From contig OY970173.1 of the NCBI GenBank assembly GCA_963707635.1, forward strand, positions 32,001 to 96,000: a stretch of DNA of 64,000 bases, read 5' to 3'. Positions 1 through 10,106 of this stretch are shown piece by piece. A model generated the notes under the pieces. That model searched no databases. It was not told where the DNA came from and saw only the letters and a list, made by a program, of their open reading frames with translations. A program made the translations under genes and the position numbers. How positions within the stretch are numbered: the stretch's first letter is position 1; each line of letters starts with the position of its first letter. Source of the stretch: Candidatus Latescibacterota bacterium (GTDB lineage Bacteria > Krumholzibacteriota > Krumholzibacteriia > WVZY01 > JAKEHA01).

Positions 1-60
1 AGGTGGGAGGTTAGCGCTCCCGGCCGGGCCGATTTTCGGGGACGGCGGGGAGGAAGCCTC

Positions 61-1089
61 TCAATTTGCGACGGAACGCGACGACTCCGCGTCGTCGATC
101 GGGACCACGTCGAAGTCGTGCCGGTGCCCGCCGTTGCGTAGCACCGTCACCGCGAGCGGCTCGCCGGGGGTCCAGCGCGCGAGCAACCGCTGCAGCTCGT
201 CGACGCTCGACATCCCGGCGCCTCCCATGGATACGATGATGTCGCGCTCGCGCAGCCCGGCGCGCGCCGCCGGTCCATTCTCCATGAGCGAAACGATCTC
301 CACCGCGCTGGCGACCGGGAGTTCGAAGCCGCGCTGCACGCGACGATTGACCGGCCGTGTCTGCGCGACGATCCCGAGGATCGTGCGCCGCACCCGCCCG
401 CGCGTCACCAGCTCGCCCACCACCCACTCCATCGTCGACGACGGGATCGCGAAGCACAGTCCCTGCGCCATGCGGATCATCGCGGTATTGACGCCGACCA
501 CGCGGCCGCCGCTGTCGACCAGCGGTCCCCCGGAGTTGCCGGGGTTGAGCGCGACGTCGGTCTGGATCACATTCTCGATCAACCGTCCGGAGCGGCCGCG
601 CAGGTTGCGCCCGAGCGCCGACACCACCCCGGTGGACACGGTGCTCTGGAAGCCGAGCGGGTTGCCGATCGCCACCACCAGTTGCCCGACCCGAAGCGCT
701 TCGGAGCGGCCGATTTCGACCGGAACCAGTCCCCCCTCGGCGACGCGCAAAAGCGCCAGGTCGGTCGCCGGGTCGACGCCGACCACCCGCGCGGAGAGTT
801 CGCGCCCGTCGGTGAATACCACGGTGACCCCGCGCGCATTCTCGACCACGTGATGGTTGGTGACCACGAACCCGTCCGGCGCCACCACGAATCCGGAGCC
901 GGCGCCCTCGCCGCCACCGCCGCGGCGCGCGTCGGTGACGACGCGGATACTGACCACCGACGGTGTGAGGTGCTCCACCACGTTGACCACGGCGTGGGAG
1001 TAGGCGTCGAGGAGCGCATGGTCGTCGACGGGCTCGGAGGACAAGCTGTGCTGGAGGTTGTCGTTGTGCGTCTTGATGAACTCACTCAC
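61..1089 (-). CDS. HtrA/DegP-family trypsin-like serine protease with one PDZ domain (no signal peptide evident)
   Basis: Motifs GSGFVV, TNHHVV (His), TDLALL (Asp), IQTDVALNPGNSGGPL (Ser) and a C-terminal PDZ-like region. Start placed at GTG 1089; the ORF-track extension to 1326 looks non-coding. Confidence 0.9.
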   Translation of the reverse strand: MSEFIKTHNDNLQHSLSSEPVDDHALLDAYSHAVVNVVEHLTPSVVSIRVVTDARRGGGGEGAGSGFVVAPDGFVVTNHHVVENARGVTVVFTDGRELSARVVGVDPATDLALLRVAEGGLVPVEIGRSEALRVGQLVVAIGNPLGFQSTVSTGVVSALGRNLRGRSGRLIENVIQTDVALNPGNSGGPLVDSGGRVVGVNTAMIRMAQGLCFAIPSSTMEWVVGELVTRGRVRRTILGIVAQTRPVNRRVQRGFELPVASAVEIVSLMENGPAARAGLRERDIIVSMGGAGMSSVDELQRLLARWTPGEPLAVTVLRNGGHRHDFDVVPIDDAESSRSVAN

Positions 1090-1172
1090 CTGGCTTTCAA
1101 CACCGCGGGTCCCGTCATCTCGCCACCCCGCGGGACTTCGCCCGCGGGGACCCCGCCTCGATGCCACCCGCG

Positions 1173-1321
1173 GCCTGGGCGATGCGCGTCGTGGAGGCCC
1201 TTCGCGCAGGAGCGAGCGAGGATCACCCGCCGGGTCTGGATCGGCATTGGTCCTCGGCTCACCACCGGCGGGAAGCCGAGCGAAGCGGGCGCAGGGCCGA
1301 CACGGCGCGCATCGGTCAGGC
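1173..1321. ncRNA. Candidate structured RNA: ~150-nt rod with central bubble (6S-like architecture or structured leader)
   Basis: Nested complementary blocks: 1173-77/1317-21, 1180-88/1306-14, 1190-93/1301-04, 1196-1201/1293-98, 1204-07/1289-92, a bubble, then 1226-33/1265-72. Confidence 0.4.
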
Positions 1322-1330
1322 GGCACGGGA

Positions 1331-1360
1331 AATATAGTGAGGGACGGCCACCGCGTGCAA
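1331..1360 (-). promoter_or_regulatory. sigma70-like promoter TTGCAC-N18-TATATT
   Basis: AT-rich hexamers in GC-rich DNA; the predicted start (~1324) coincides with the end of the rod structure. Confidence 0.45.
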
Positions 1361-1401
1361 CGGGGTGGAACCGGCGGGCACGGGGCGGGCGGGGGGACGG
1401 A

Positions 1402-2055
1402 TCAGTAGTTGTGGCGGAGGATCTCGCCCTCGACCATGAAGACGACGTCCTCGGCCACGTTGGTGGTCAGGTCGGCGATTCGTTCGAGGTGGCGGGTCGC
1501 GGAGATGGCGTTGATCGCGGGCTCGATGAACTTCGGATCCCGGCGCATCACCGCCTGCATATCGACGTACATCTGGCGGTGAATCCGGTCGACCTCGTCG
1601 TCGCGCATGCACACCGAGCGCGCGAGGTCAGCGTCGCGCTCGACCAGCGCGTTGAGGCAGTCGTGCACCATGCTCTGGACCACGGCGACGAGCTTGTCGA
1701 AGTCTTCCGGGAGCGGCAGCGGGTCGAGGTCCGCCAGCATCTCCGCGCGCTCGCCGATGCTGACCGCGTGGTCGCCGATGCGTTCGAGGTCGTTGTTCAC
1801 CTTGAGCGCCGTGATGATGAAGCGCAAGTCGGCCGCAACCGGCTGGTGCAGCGCGAGGATCTTGAGCGCGTTCTCTTCGATCAGATTCTCGCGGTCGTTG
1901 ATGGCGCCGTCGCCGTTGGTAACCTCGCGCGCGAGCGCGCGATCGCGGCGTACCAGCGCCGTGATAGCTCGATTGGTCGCTTCTTCCACCAGCCCACCCA
2001 TGGTGAGGAGCTCCTTCGCGAGCTGATCGAGGTCTCTTTGCAGGTGCTTCGCCAT
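1402..2055 (-). CDS. phoU: Phosphate signalling complex protein PhoU
   Basis: Two PhoU repeats (LHQPVAADLR...DLERIGDHA; DDEVDR...HLERIADL); located downstream of phoR. Confidence 0.96.
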   Translation of the reverse strand: MAKHLQRDLDQLAKELLTMGGLVEEATNRAITALVRRDRALAREVTNGDGAINDRENLIEENALKILALHQPVAADLRFIITALKVNNDLERIGDHAVSIGERAEMLADLDPLPLPEDFDKLVAVVQSMVHDCLNALVERDADLARSVCMRDDEVDRIHRQMYVDMQAVMRRDPKFIEPAINAISATRHLERIADLTTNVAEDVVFMVEGEILRHNY

Positions 2056-2106
2056 GACGGGTTTTCTTACGGGCTGGTCGAACATATCTTTATGTCAACT
2101 CCCCCG

Positions 2107-3939
2107 TCAATGAAGGTTCGGTGAAGGCGGGCCCGAGGGTCCGTTGGGGCCCGGACCGCGACGGAGCGGGATCTGGACCCGGAAGCTGCTCCCCCGGCCG
2201 GGCGCGCTCTTGAGCGAGACGTTGCCGCCGTGGGCCAGGGCGACGTGCTTGACGATCGAGAGTCCGAGGCCGGTCCCCCCCATCTGGCGCGAGCGGGCTT
2301 TGTCCACCCGGTAGAAGCGTTCGAACACCCTTCCCTGATCCTCGGGCGCGATCCCGATGCCGGTGTCGTCCACCGTGAGGACGGCGTGCGTCCCTTCCAC
2401 ACCGAGCCGCACGTCCACGTGGCCGCCCTCGGGCGTGTACTTGATGGCGTTGCTCACCAGGTTGTCGACCAGCTCGCGCAACGCCTCGCCGTCCCCGTCG
2501 ATCATGATGGGGTCGTTGGCGACCGCCGCCTTGATGGCGACGCGCTTGTCCTCGGCGACGTGCGCCTGCGCGCGGTACGACTCCGCCACCGCCTCGCGCA
2601 GGTCGATGGCTTCGAACTGGAGCCGGCCGGGGTCCGATTCCAGGCGCGAGAGAGTGAGCAGATCGGAGACGATGTTGCTCAGGCGCATGGACTGATCGCG
2701 GATCTTGGTGGTGAAGCGGCGCCTCGTGTCGGTATCCATGTCGCGGTCGTCCACCAGCGTCTCGACCAGACCGCGGATGGCGGCGAGCGGTGTCTTGAGC
2801 TCGTGCGAGATGTTGGCGACGAAATCCTGCCTGACGGCCTCGAGCGCGCGCAGGTTGCTCACGTCGTGGAGGACCAGCACCGCCCCCACCAGCTCGTCGC
2901 CCGCGTTCTTCAGCGGCGCCCCGATGAGCTGGATGACCTGGTCGCTCGAGCCCTTCGGGATGCGTGTCTCCGACACGCGAACCCGGTTCTCCTTCATCGC
3001 GTCGTTGAGCGCCTCCCCGACCTCCACCACCCGGGTCATTTCCCAGATGCGACGTCCCTTCGCATTCTTTGCGTCGATGCCGAGGATCACCTCCGCCGCA
3101 CTGTTGACGTGCACGACATAGTCCTCGCGGTCCACCGCCACCACCCCCTCGACCATGCTCGAGAGAATCGCCAGCGTGACGTTACGATCGGCGGTGATGG
3201 TTTCGATCTGGGACTTGAGCCGCTCGGTCATCGCGTTGAGCGCGTCGGCGAGGTCGCCGATCTCATCCTTGCGCCCGATACGCACGCGGTGGCTGTAGTC
3301 GCCGCTGGCCACGGCGCGCGCCGCGTCGGTCATCGTGAGCATGGGGCGGGAAAACCCGCGCGCGATGAGAAAGCCGAGCACCAGCGCGGCCAGCACGGGG
3401 AGAATCAGCCCGATTGCGACCGAACGCCGCGTCGCCGCGCGTCTCGCTTCCAGAATCTCGAGTGTCACCGACGTGCGCACGAAACCGGCCTCGTGGCCGT
3501 CCTTGATCACCGGAATCGCGACGTACATCGACGTCGCCCCGAGCGTGCGGCTGAAGCGCGTGGACACGCCGAACCCATTCGCCGCCGCCGCGATGACCTC
3601 GGGACGGTCGCGGTGGTTGTCCATGGCCGCGGGGTCCTCGCGCGAGTCGGCCAGCACCCGGCCGTCGGCGGCGATCACCGTATAGCGGGTGTCCGCGCGC
3701 GACCCGAGCGCCTGGATGCGAGCCTGGAAGGACGGGTCGACGGCGGTGTCGACGTAGGGCAGCGCGATGTCGCGCAGGAGGATGGCGTCGCTGTGCAGAG
3801 ACTCCTGCGTCCGCTCGACAAAACCGTGTTCGAAGTCCCGGACCACGAACCGGCCGATCATGAATGCGGTCACCAGGATCACGACCGCGTAACCGGTGTA
3901 CAGTTCCCAGAGCAGTCGCGAACGGAGGATTCGTCTCAC
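2107..3939 (-). CDS. phoR: Phosphate regulon sensor histidine kinase (2 TM, HAMP, PAS, HisKA, HATPase)
   Basis: DFVANISHELKTPL H-box, NLVSNAIKYT N-box, FERFYRVDKARSR...GGTGLGLSIVKH; adjacent to phoB and pst. Confidence 0.95.
   Translation of the reverse strand: MRRILRSRLLWELYTGYAVVILVTAFMIGRFVVRDFEHGFVERTQESLHSDAILLRDIALPYVDTAVDPSFQARIQALGSRADTRYTVIAADGRVLADSREDPAAMDNHRDRPEVIAAAANGFGVSTRFSRTLGATSMYVAIPVIKDGHEAGFVRTSVTLEILEARRAATRRSVAIGLILPVLAALVLGFLIARGFSRPMLTMTDAARAVASGDYSHRVRIGRKDEIGDLADALNAMTERLKSQIETITADRNVTLAILSSMVEGVVAVDREDYVVHVNSAAEVILGIDAKNAKGRRIWEMTRVVEVGEALNDAMKENRVRVSETRIPKGSSDQVIQLIGAPLKNAGDELVGAVLVLHDVSNLRALEAVRQDFVANISHELKTPLAAIRGLVETLVDDRDMDTDTRRRFTTKIRDQSMRLSNIVSDLLTLSRLESDPGRLQFEAIDLREAVAESYRAQAHVAEDKRVAIKAAVANDPIMIDGDGEALRELVDNLVSNAIKYTPEGGHVDVRLGVEGTHAVLTVDDTGIGIAPEDQGRVFERFYRVDKARSRQMGGTGLGLSIVKHVALAHGGNVSLKSAPGRGSSFRVQIPLRRGPGPNGPSGPPSPNLH
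2110..2126 (-). promoter_or_regulatory. Pho-box-like direct repeat (CTTCAC-N5-CTTCAT) upstream of phoU
   Basis: Two hexamers at 11-bp period matching the motif at five other promoters; no clear -10 at the usual spacing. Confidence 0.5.
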
Positions 3940-3940
3940 G

Positions 3941-4633
3941 TCAGTCTTTGAAGCGGTACCCGACGCCGCGGATCGTTTCGATCAAGTCGCGGTGGGCGCC
4001 GAGTTTCTTGCGAATCGAGCGCACGTGCACGTCGATATTGCGATCGATGACGATCGCGTCTTCGCCGATCACGCGCGTGAGCAGGTGGTCGCGCGTGAAC
4101 ACGCGGCCCGGGTGAGTCGCCAGGAAGTGAAGCAACCGGAACTCGGTGGCGGTCAATATCACGGATTCCCCGTCGATCTTGACGTCGTGCCGCTGCGGGT
4201 CGATGACGATTCCGTCGCGCACGACGCTCTCGCGCCGATCCACCTCGGTGCGCCCGCGCGAGCGACGCAACACCGCCCGCACCCGCGCCACCATTTCGCG
4301 CGGGCTGAACGGCTTGGTGATGTAGTCGTCGGCGCCGACGCCGAGCCCGAGCACGACGTCGCTTTCCTCCCCCTTGGCGGTCACCATGATCACGGGGATG
4401 GCCTGGGTCAGGGGGTCCGCCTTGAGCTTGCGGCACAACTCGATGCCGTCGATCTCGGGCAGCATGAGGTCGAGGATCACGAGCTGGGGGGCGTTGCGCT
4501 CGATCTTTTCGAGCCCGTCCTCACCGCTGGTGCTGGTGACGACGTCGTACCCCTCGCGCTTGAGGTTATACGCGATCACCTCGAGGATGTCATCCTCGTC
4601 TTCGATCACGACGATTCGTTCAGTCTTGGTCAA
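3941..4633 (-). CDS. phoB: Phosphate regulon response regulator (OmpR family)
   Basis: Receiver domain (VIEDE, LDLMLP, KPFS) and winged helix (DRNIDVHVRSIRKKL...TIRGVGYRF). Start TTG 4633, or in-frame ATG 4657. Confidence 0.93.
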   Translation of the reverse strand: MTKTERIVVIEDEDDILEVIAYNLKREGYDVVTSTSGEDGLEKIERNAPQLVILDLMLPEIDGIELCRKLKADPLTQAIPVIMVTAKGEESDVVLGLGVGADDYITKPFSPREMVARVRAVLRRSRGRTEVDRRESVVRDGIVIDPQRHDVKIDGESVILTATEFRLLHFLATHPGRVFTRDHLLTRVIGEDAIVIDRNIDVHVRSIRKKLGAHRDLIETIRGVGYRFKD

Positions 4634-4666
4634 GGCACGCTTCTTTTCGAGAATCATAGTGGAACG

Positions 4667-4710
4667 AAAGTACATGCGCCTTGCAAAGACGGCGTAAACA
4701 CCATGTAAAT
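4667..4710 (-). promoter_or_regulatory. Pho-box-like promoter of phoBR
   Basis: ATTTAC/GTTTAC/CTTTGC at 11-bp period (4705, 4694, 4683), then 10 nt, then -10 TACTTT. Confidence 0.75.
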
Positions 4711-4737
4711 CGTCCCCGAAACAACCGCATCCCTTTA

Positions 4738-5625
<888 letters not shown>

Positions 5626-5641
5626 GATTTTCTACTCGCTA

Positions 5642-5664
5642 CGCGGGTCCTGTCGGCCAACAGC
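5642..5664. repeat. 23-nt repeat copy 1 (CGCGGGTCCTGTCGGCCAACAGC) upstream of pstB
   Basis: Exact match to 9989-10011. Confidence 0.85.
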
Positions 5665-5694
5665 GTCTCGTTCCATTCGTCACGACTCATGCCA

Positions 5695-7425
5695 CTAGAA
5701 CGTACCACCGACGAATCGGCGCCGCAACCGGGTGCGAATCCACACCGCCGCGATGTTCAGCGTCGCGATCAGCGCAATGAGCAGCAACGTCGTGGTAAAC
5801 ACCATCGGTTTGGCCGCTTCGCTGTTCTGGCTCTGGAATCCCACGTCGTAGATGTGGAATCCGAGGTGCATGAAACTCCGATCCGGGTGCAGGTACGGCG
5901 CCACGTTGTCGATGGGCAGATCGGGCGCCAGCTTGACCGCACCCACCAGCATCAGCGGCGCCACCTCGCCCGCCCCGCGCGCCATCGCGAGAATGAACCC
6001 GGTCATGATACCGGGCATCGCGCGCGGCAGCACGATGCGACGGATCGTCTGCCACTTACTCGCACCGCACGCGTAGGAGCCTTCGCGCATCGACCGCGGC
6101 ACCGCCGCCAGCGCCTCCTCGGTGGCGACGACCACCACCGGGAGCGTCAGGAGCGCGAGTGTCAGCGAGGCCCAGATGATGCCGCCCTTGCCGTAGGTCG
6201 GATTGGGGAGCTTCGCGGAGAAGAACGCGCTGTCGATCGAACCTCCGACGATGTAGCAGAAGAAACCCAGCCCGAACACACCGAACACGATGCTCGGAAC
6301 CCCGGCCATGTTGTTGATGGCGATGCGCACCGCGCTCACCGCCAGGCCCGCCTTCGCGTACTCGCGCAGGTAGAGCGCGGCGAGCACGCCGAACGGCACC
6401 ACCAGCACGGACATCAGCAGCGTCATGATCACGGTGCCGATGATCGCCGGGTAGACGCCTCCCTCGCTGTTGGCCTCGCGCGGATCCGCGGAGAGAAACT
6501 CCCACCAGCGTGAGACGTACACTCCACCTCTGCTTCCAATTGAGAGCTGGTTCGCCGGGTAGCCGCGCACGATGTCGGCGAGCGCGATGGTGGCCGCCGA
6601 ACCGTCGGCGGTCTTGAGCACGAGCGCGTAGCGCGCGTTCTCTGCGTCCAGGAGCCGGATTTCTTCCTCCAGCGCGCGGCGTCGCGATTCGATCGCGACC
6701 GTCTCCCCCTCGGTGATCGCACGCGTGCGTTCGTACTCGGGCGAGTCCACGCCGTAGCGCGCCTCGACGCGGTGCAGCTCGAGGCGGGCCCGCTCCGCGC
6801 TCGCGTGGAGCTCGCCGAAGTCGCGCCGCTGCAGCCGGTAGCGACGCTCGAAGCGTTCGACGACGTCGCGATGGCGCGCGTCGAATTCGTGCCAGGCCGT
6901 TTCCGGGGTCGTACCAACGCTCCTGCCGTCGATCCGGAACTCGACGGGCACTCCATAGAAGCGACCCCACGCGCGGCGCTCGAGCACGACCGCCCACTCC
7001 GGGGTGGTCTCGGCCGCCACCGTGATGTCGTCGATCCATTCGAAGTGAGAGCCCGTGAGCTCGAAATTGCCCGTCCGCAGCAGTCGTCGCCGGTTGTCAC
7101 CGCCCGCCTGGTAGCGGCGGCGGGCTTCCTCCGGCCAGGCCGCGATCGCCTCCGGCGTCGGCTGGAACGCTTCGTCGCGCGTGACTTCGCCCAGCAGCAC
7201 CCGGCCGTTCATGAGCTTCACCTCGACCAGCGGCCGCGGCCAGAACGTCGTGGCCCCCTGGTACGCCACCAGTGTCAGCAGGCCGATGATCATCACGGAA
7301 CAGAGCACCAGCGCTCCCCCCGTAAGCCAGAGCATGTTCTCGCCGTGGGCCAAGAGCGACGTCCCGCCGCGCGAGCGCGCCGCCGGCCTCTCGACGCCAC
7401 CGTTCACCGGGCGCGACACGCTCAT
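5695..7425 (-). CDS. pstA: Phosphate ABC transporter permease PstA with large periplasmic coiled-coil insertion
   Basis: PREANSEGGVYPAIIGT, AINNMAGVPSIVFG, EEAL.AVP..REGSYACGA. ATG 7425 overlaps the pstC stop (ATGA). Confidence 0.93.
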   Translation of the reverse strand: MSVSRPVNGGVERPAARSRGGTSLLAHGENMLWLTGGALVLCSVMIIGLLTLVAYQGATTFWPRPLVEVKLMNGRVLLGEVTRDEAFQPTPEAIAAWPEEARRRYQAGGDNRRRLLRTGNFELTGSHFEWIDDITVAAETTPEWAVVLERRAWGRFYGVPVEFRIDGRSVGTTPETAWHEFDARHRDVVERFERRYRLQRRDFGELHASAERARLELHRVEARYGVDSPEYERTRAITEGETVAIESRRRALEEEIRLLDAENARYALVLKTADGSAATIALADIVRGYPANQLSIGSRGGVYVSRWWEFLSADPREANSEGGVYPAIIGTVIMTLLMSVLVVPFGVLAALYLREYAKAGLAVSAVRIAINNMAGVPSIVFGVFGLGFFCYIVGGSIDSAFFSAKLPNPTYGKGGIIWASLTLALLTLPVVVVATEEALAAVPRSMREGSYACGASKWQTIRRIVLPRAMPGIMTGFILAMARGAGEVAPLMLVGAVKLAPDLPIDNVAPYLHPDRSFMHLGFHIYDVGFQSQNSEAAKPMVFTTTLLLIALIATLNIAAVWIRTRLRRRFVGGTF

Positions 7426-9971
7426 AGCTGCGCCGACCTCTTGCGGAAACGGAGCCGGACGATTTCCGCCACGGTGTTGATCGCGAACGTCATGAGGAAG
7501 AGGATCAACGCGGCGAGAAACAGGGTCCGGTAATGGGTGCTGTTGCGAACGGCCTCGGGTAGCTCGACGGCGATGTTCGCCGAGAGGGTGCGGAATCCGT
7601 TGAAGATGTTCATCTCCAGCACGGGCGTGTTGCCCGCCGCCATCAACACGATCATGGTTTCGCCGACGGCGCGGCCCAGCCCGATCATGACCGCGGAGAA
7701 CAGTCCGCTCATCGCCGCCGGGAGCACGATGCGGTGCGCCGTCTGCCACGGAGTCGCGCCGGCGCCCAGCGATGCGGCGCGCAGGTGCTGCGGCACGGCC
7801 GAGAGCGCGTCCTCGGCGATGGTATAAATGATGGGGATGATCGCGAAGCCCATCACGAAGCCCACCACCAGCGCGTTGCGCTGCACGTAGGTGCCCATCA
7901 GGCCGCCGCGCGGGTCCGCGCCGGCCCCCGAGAGCAGACCCGCCGCCAGCGCCGCCAGCCCGACGGTGGCAACACCGCCGATGACGAAACGCGCCAGGTC
8001 CACCAGGGCGATCCGGGCCCGCGTCGATCGCGTCGCCAGGCTGCGGACCGGCTCCGCGGTGAGTCGCGCCACGACCACGATGACCGCAGCCGCGCTGAAC
8101 GGGAGCAGGAGCACGAGCCACCCGCCGAACGGGCCGCCCTGGCGCCCGGCGAGCCACGACATCATGTTGCCGCCGAAGAAGACGCGCTCCATCCACGGGC
8201 CCAGCGCGCCCGCGGCGCCGACGGCCACCGGAAGCACGGCGAGCAACAGCAGCAGGCGATAGCGCGACACACGGCGCGCAGCTTGCGAGGGCAGCAGCTG
8301 CGAGAGATACGCGCACCCGAGCAGCACCGTGGGAATGGTGATGAATCCCGCCATCACCGACGGCACCACGCGCTGCACGAAGGGAGCGATCACCAGCGCG
8401 GCCAAGAATCCGAGCACCACGCTCGGAAGGCTGGCCATCGATTCGATCAGCGTCTTGATCCGCGGGCGCATCGACGGCGAAACGAACTCACTGGTGAAGA
8501 TCGCGCCCAGGAGCGCCAGCGGAACCCCGAACAGCAGCGAATAGAACGTGGCCTTCAGCGTCCCGAAGACGAGGGGCCACAGGCCCAGCTTGGGCTCGAA
8601 GTCGTCGGTTCCCGCCGACGACTGCCACACGTGCTCCGCCCGCGGATAGCCTTCGTACTGCACCGGGCCGAAGAGCGAACGCAGCGTGGCCTCGGGGTGT
8701 TTGAGGTCGAGCGCGTACCCGTGCAAGCGCGAGTCCGTCAGCACGAGCAGGCCGTCGTTCTTGGGCGCAAACGCGACCGCCTCGATCGGCTCGTTCGCGA
8801 GGGTGAAATCGATCACCTTTTTTCCGCTCGTCGCCTGCAGGACGCGCACGCGCCCGCCGCGCTCCCCGGCGATGAAGACGCGCTGGCGTTTGGACGCCGC
8901 CACGGACACGATCGGCGAGCCGTCCCCGCGGTAGCGACGCGAGCAGGCCAGGGCGGAGGAGTCCGCACCCGCAAGCCCGTAGCGAAACCACGTGGCGACA
9001 CTCCCGTCCGAGGCCCCCACGATCACGGTGGACCGGCCGAGGAGCGGCGCCATGGCGGTCACGCGCGTCCCGGGCTCCACCAGTTCGGCTGTCGCGATCA
9101 CCCGCGGCGCCTGCAGATTGCGCACGTCGAGAACCGTCGCCGCCCCCGTGGCGGTCACCGCGTAGACGACCGTCCCACCTTCCGCCAGCAGCACGTGCTC
9201 GATTCGTTCTCCGGATGCGGAAAGCGAGACGGCGCTGCGCTCGACCGAGAGCGAGACCTCGCCGGTGAAGGCGTTCTCTTCGGTGCCGAGGCGCGAGAGT
9301 ATCAGCGAGTCGTTCTCGGCCACGACGGCGAGCACGTAGCTCGATTCGCCGCCGACCACGTCGAGAGCGCGCGCGGGCGAACTCGACAGCGCCGGGGCGA
9401 CTGCCGCGATCGACACCTCGAGGCGCTGGCGCCGGAACGACCCGTCGTCCGTGCGCTGCACGACGCCGTCGCCGTCGGTGAGTACGGCGCCGGTCTCGAG
9501 CGCGCGGGCCGCGTCGGGCAGCGATTCCACCGAGGGAAAGTCGGTCGCGAATCCGATGCGGGCGAGCAGCGCGGTGGCGTCGCGCCGCCCGACGGCGATG
9601 GTGCCGCTCTCGAGGTCGAACGCGGTGGCAGTGATGGAATCGACGGAGACGAGGGGGTGGGCGGCGACGACCTCGCCGGTATCGAGCCGGAACGCGCGCA
9701 CGACGCCGTCTGCCGAGAGGCTCCAGCCGGCGACGCGGTATTCGTCGACCCCGAAATGGAGCACGCGGGTTGCGGCCGGGTTCTCGATGGCCGCCACCGG
9801 CCTGGCGTCACCGGGCGCGAACAGCGGCACCACCACGCTGGCGAGGAACAGAAAAACGGCGGAGACAGCGAAAATGGTGCCGACTCCGCCGATGGCGATA
9901 CACGCCGCGGCGATGCGGTCCGCAGCGCGGACCGTCCATCGCGTTTTCATGCGTCGTGGCGTCTGGGGCAT
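7422..9971 (-). CDS. pstC: Phosphate ABC transporter permease PstC with periplasmic WD40-like domain
   Basis: VWQSS...FEPK, FGTLKAT, MASLPSVVLGF, GRAVGETMIVLMAAGN; GGAGG upstream of ATG 9971. Confidence 0.92.
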   Translation of the reverse strand: MPQTPRRMKTRWTVRAADRIAAACIAIGGVGTIFAVSAVFLFLASVVVPLFAPGDARPVAAIENPAATRVLHFGVDEYRVAGWSLSADGVVRAFRLDTGEVVAAHPLVSVDSITATAFDLESGTIAVGRRDATALLARIGFATDFPSVESLPDAARALETGAVLTDGDGVVQRTDDGSFRRQRLEVSIAAVAPALSSSPARALDVVGGESSYVLAVVAENDSLILSRLGTEENAFTGEVSLSVERSAVSLSASGERIEHVLLAEGGTVVYAVTATGAATVLDVRNLQAPRVIATAELVEPGTRVTAMAPLLGRSTVIVGASDGSVATWFRYGLAGADSSALACSRRYRGDGSPIVSVAASKRQRVFIAGERGGRVRVLQATSGKKVIDFTLANEPIEAVAFAPKNDGLLVLTDSRLHGYALDLKHPEATLRSLFGPVQYEGYPRAEHVWQSSAGTDDFEPKLGLWPLVFGTLKATFYSLLFGVPLALLGAIFTSEFVSPSMRPRIKTLIESMASLPSVVLGFLAALVIAPFVQRVVPSVMAGFITIPTVLLGCAYLSQLLPSQAARRVSRYRLLLLLAVLPVAVGAAGALGPWMERVFFGGNMMSWLAGRQGGPFGGWLVLLLPFSAAAVIVVVARLTAEPVRSLATRSTRARIALVDLARFVIGGVATVGLAALAAGLLSGAGADPRGGLMGTYVQRNALVVGFVMGFAIIPIIYTIAEDALSAVPQHLRAASLGAGATPWQTAHRIVLPAAMSGLFSAVMIGLGRAVGETMIVLMAAGNTPVLEMNIFNGFRTLSANIAVELPEAVRNSTHYRTLFLAALILFLMTFAINTVAEIVRLRFRKRSAQL

Positions 9972-9988
9972 CAGTGCCGAACTACCTC

Positions 9989-10011
9989 CGCGGGTCCTGT
10001 CGGCCAACAGC
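9989..10011. repeat. 23-nt repeat copy 2 upstream of pstC
   Basis: Exact match to 5642-5664. Confidence 0.85.
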
Positions 10012-10106
10012 CCACGGCGGGCTCGCCATTCGCGCCTCCGCACTCGGTGGCTCGCCCTTGTGGGCGCCCGTTGGCCGCCACCCGCGCCTCTGGCCGGGCC
10101 CGAAAG

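Noticed and set aside
1104..1112. CGCGGGTCC as a third copy of the pst 23-nt repeat (also inverted at 35932-40)
   Set aside because: A GC-rich 9-mer is expected by chance in this window, and the palindromic half is missing.
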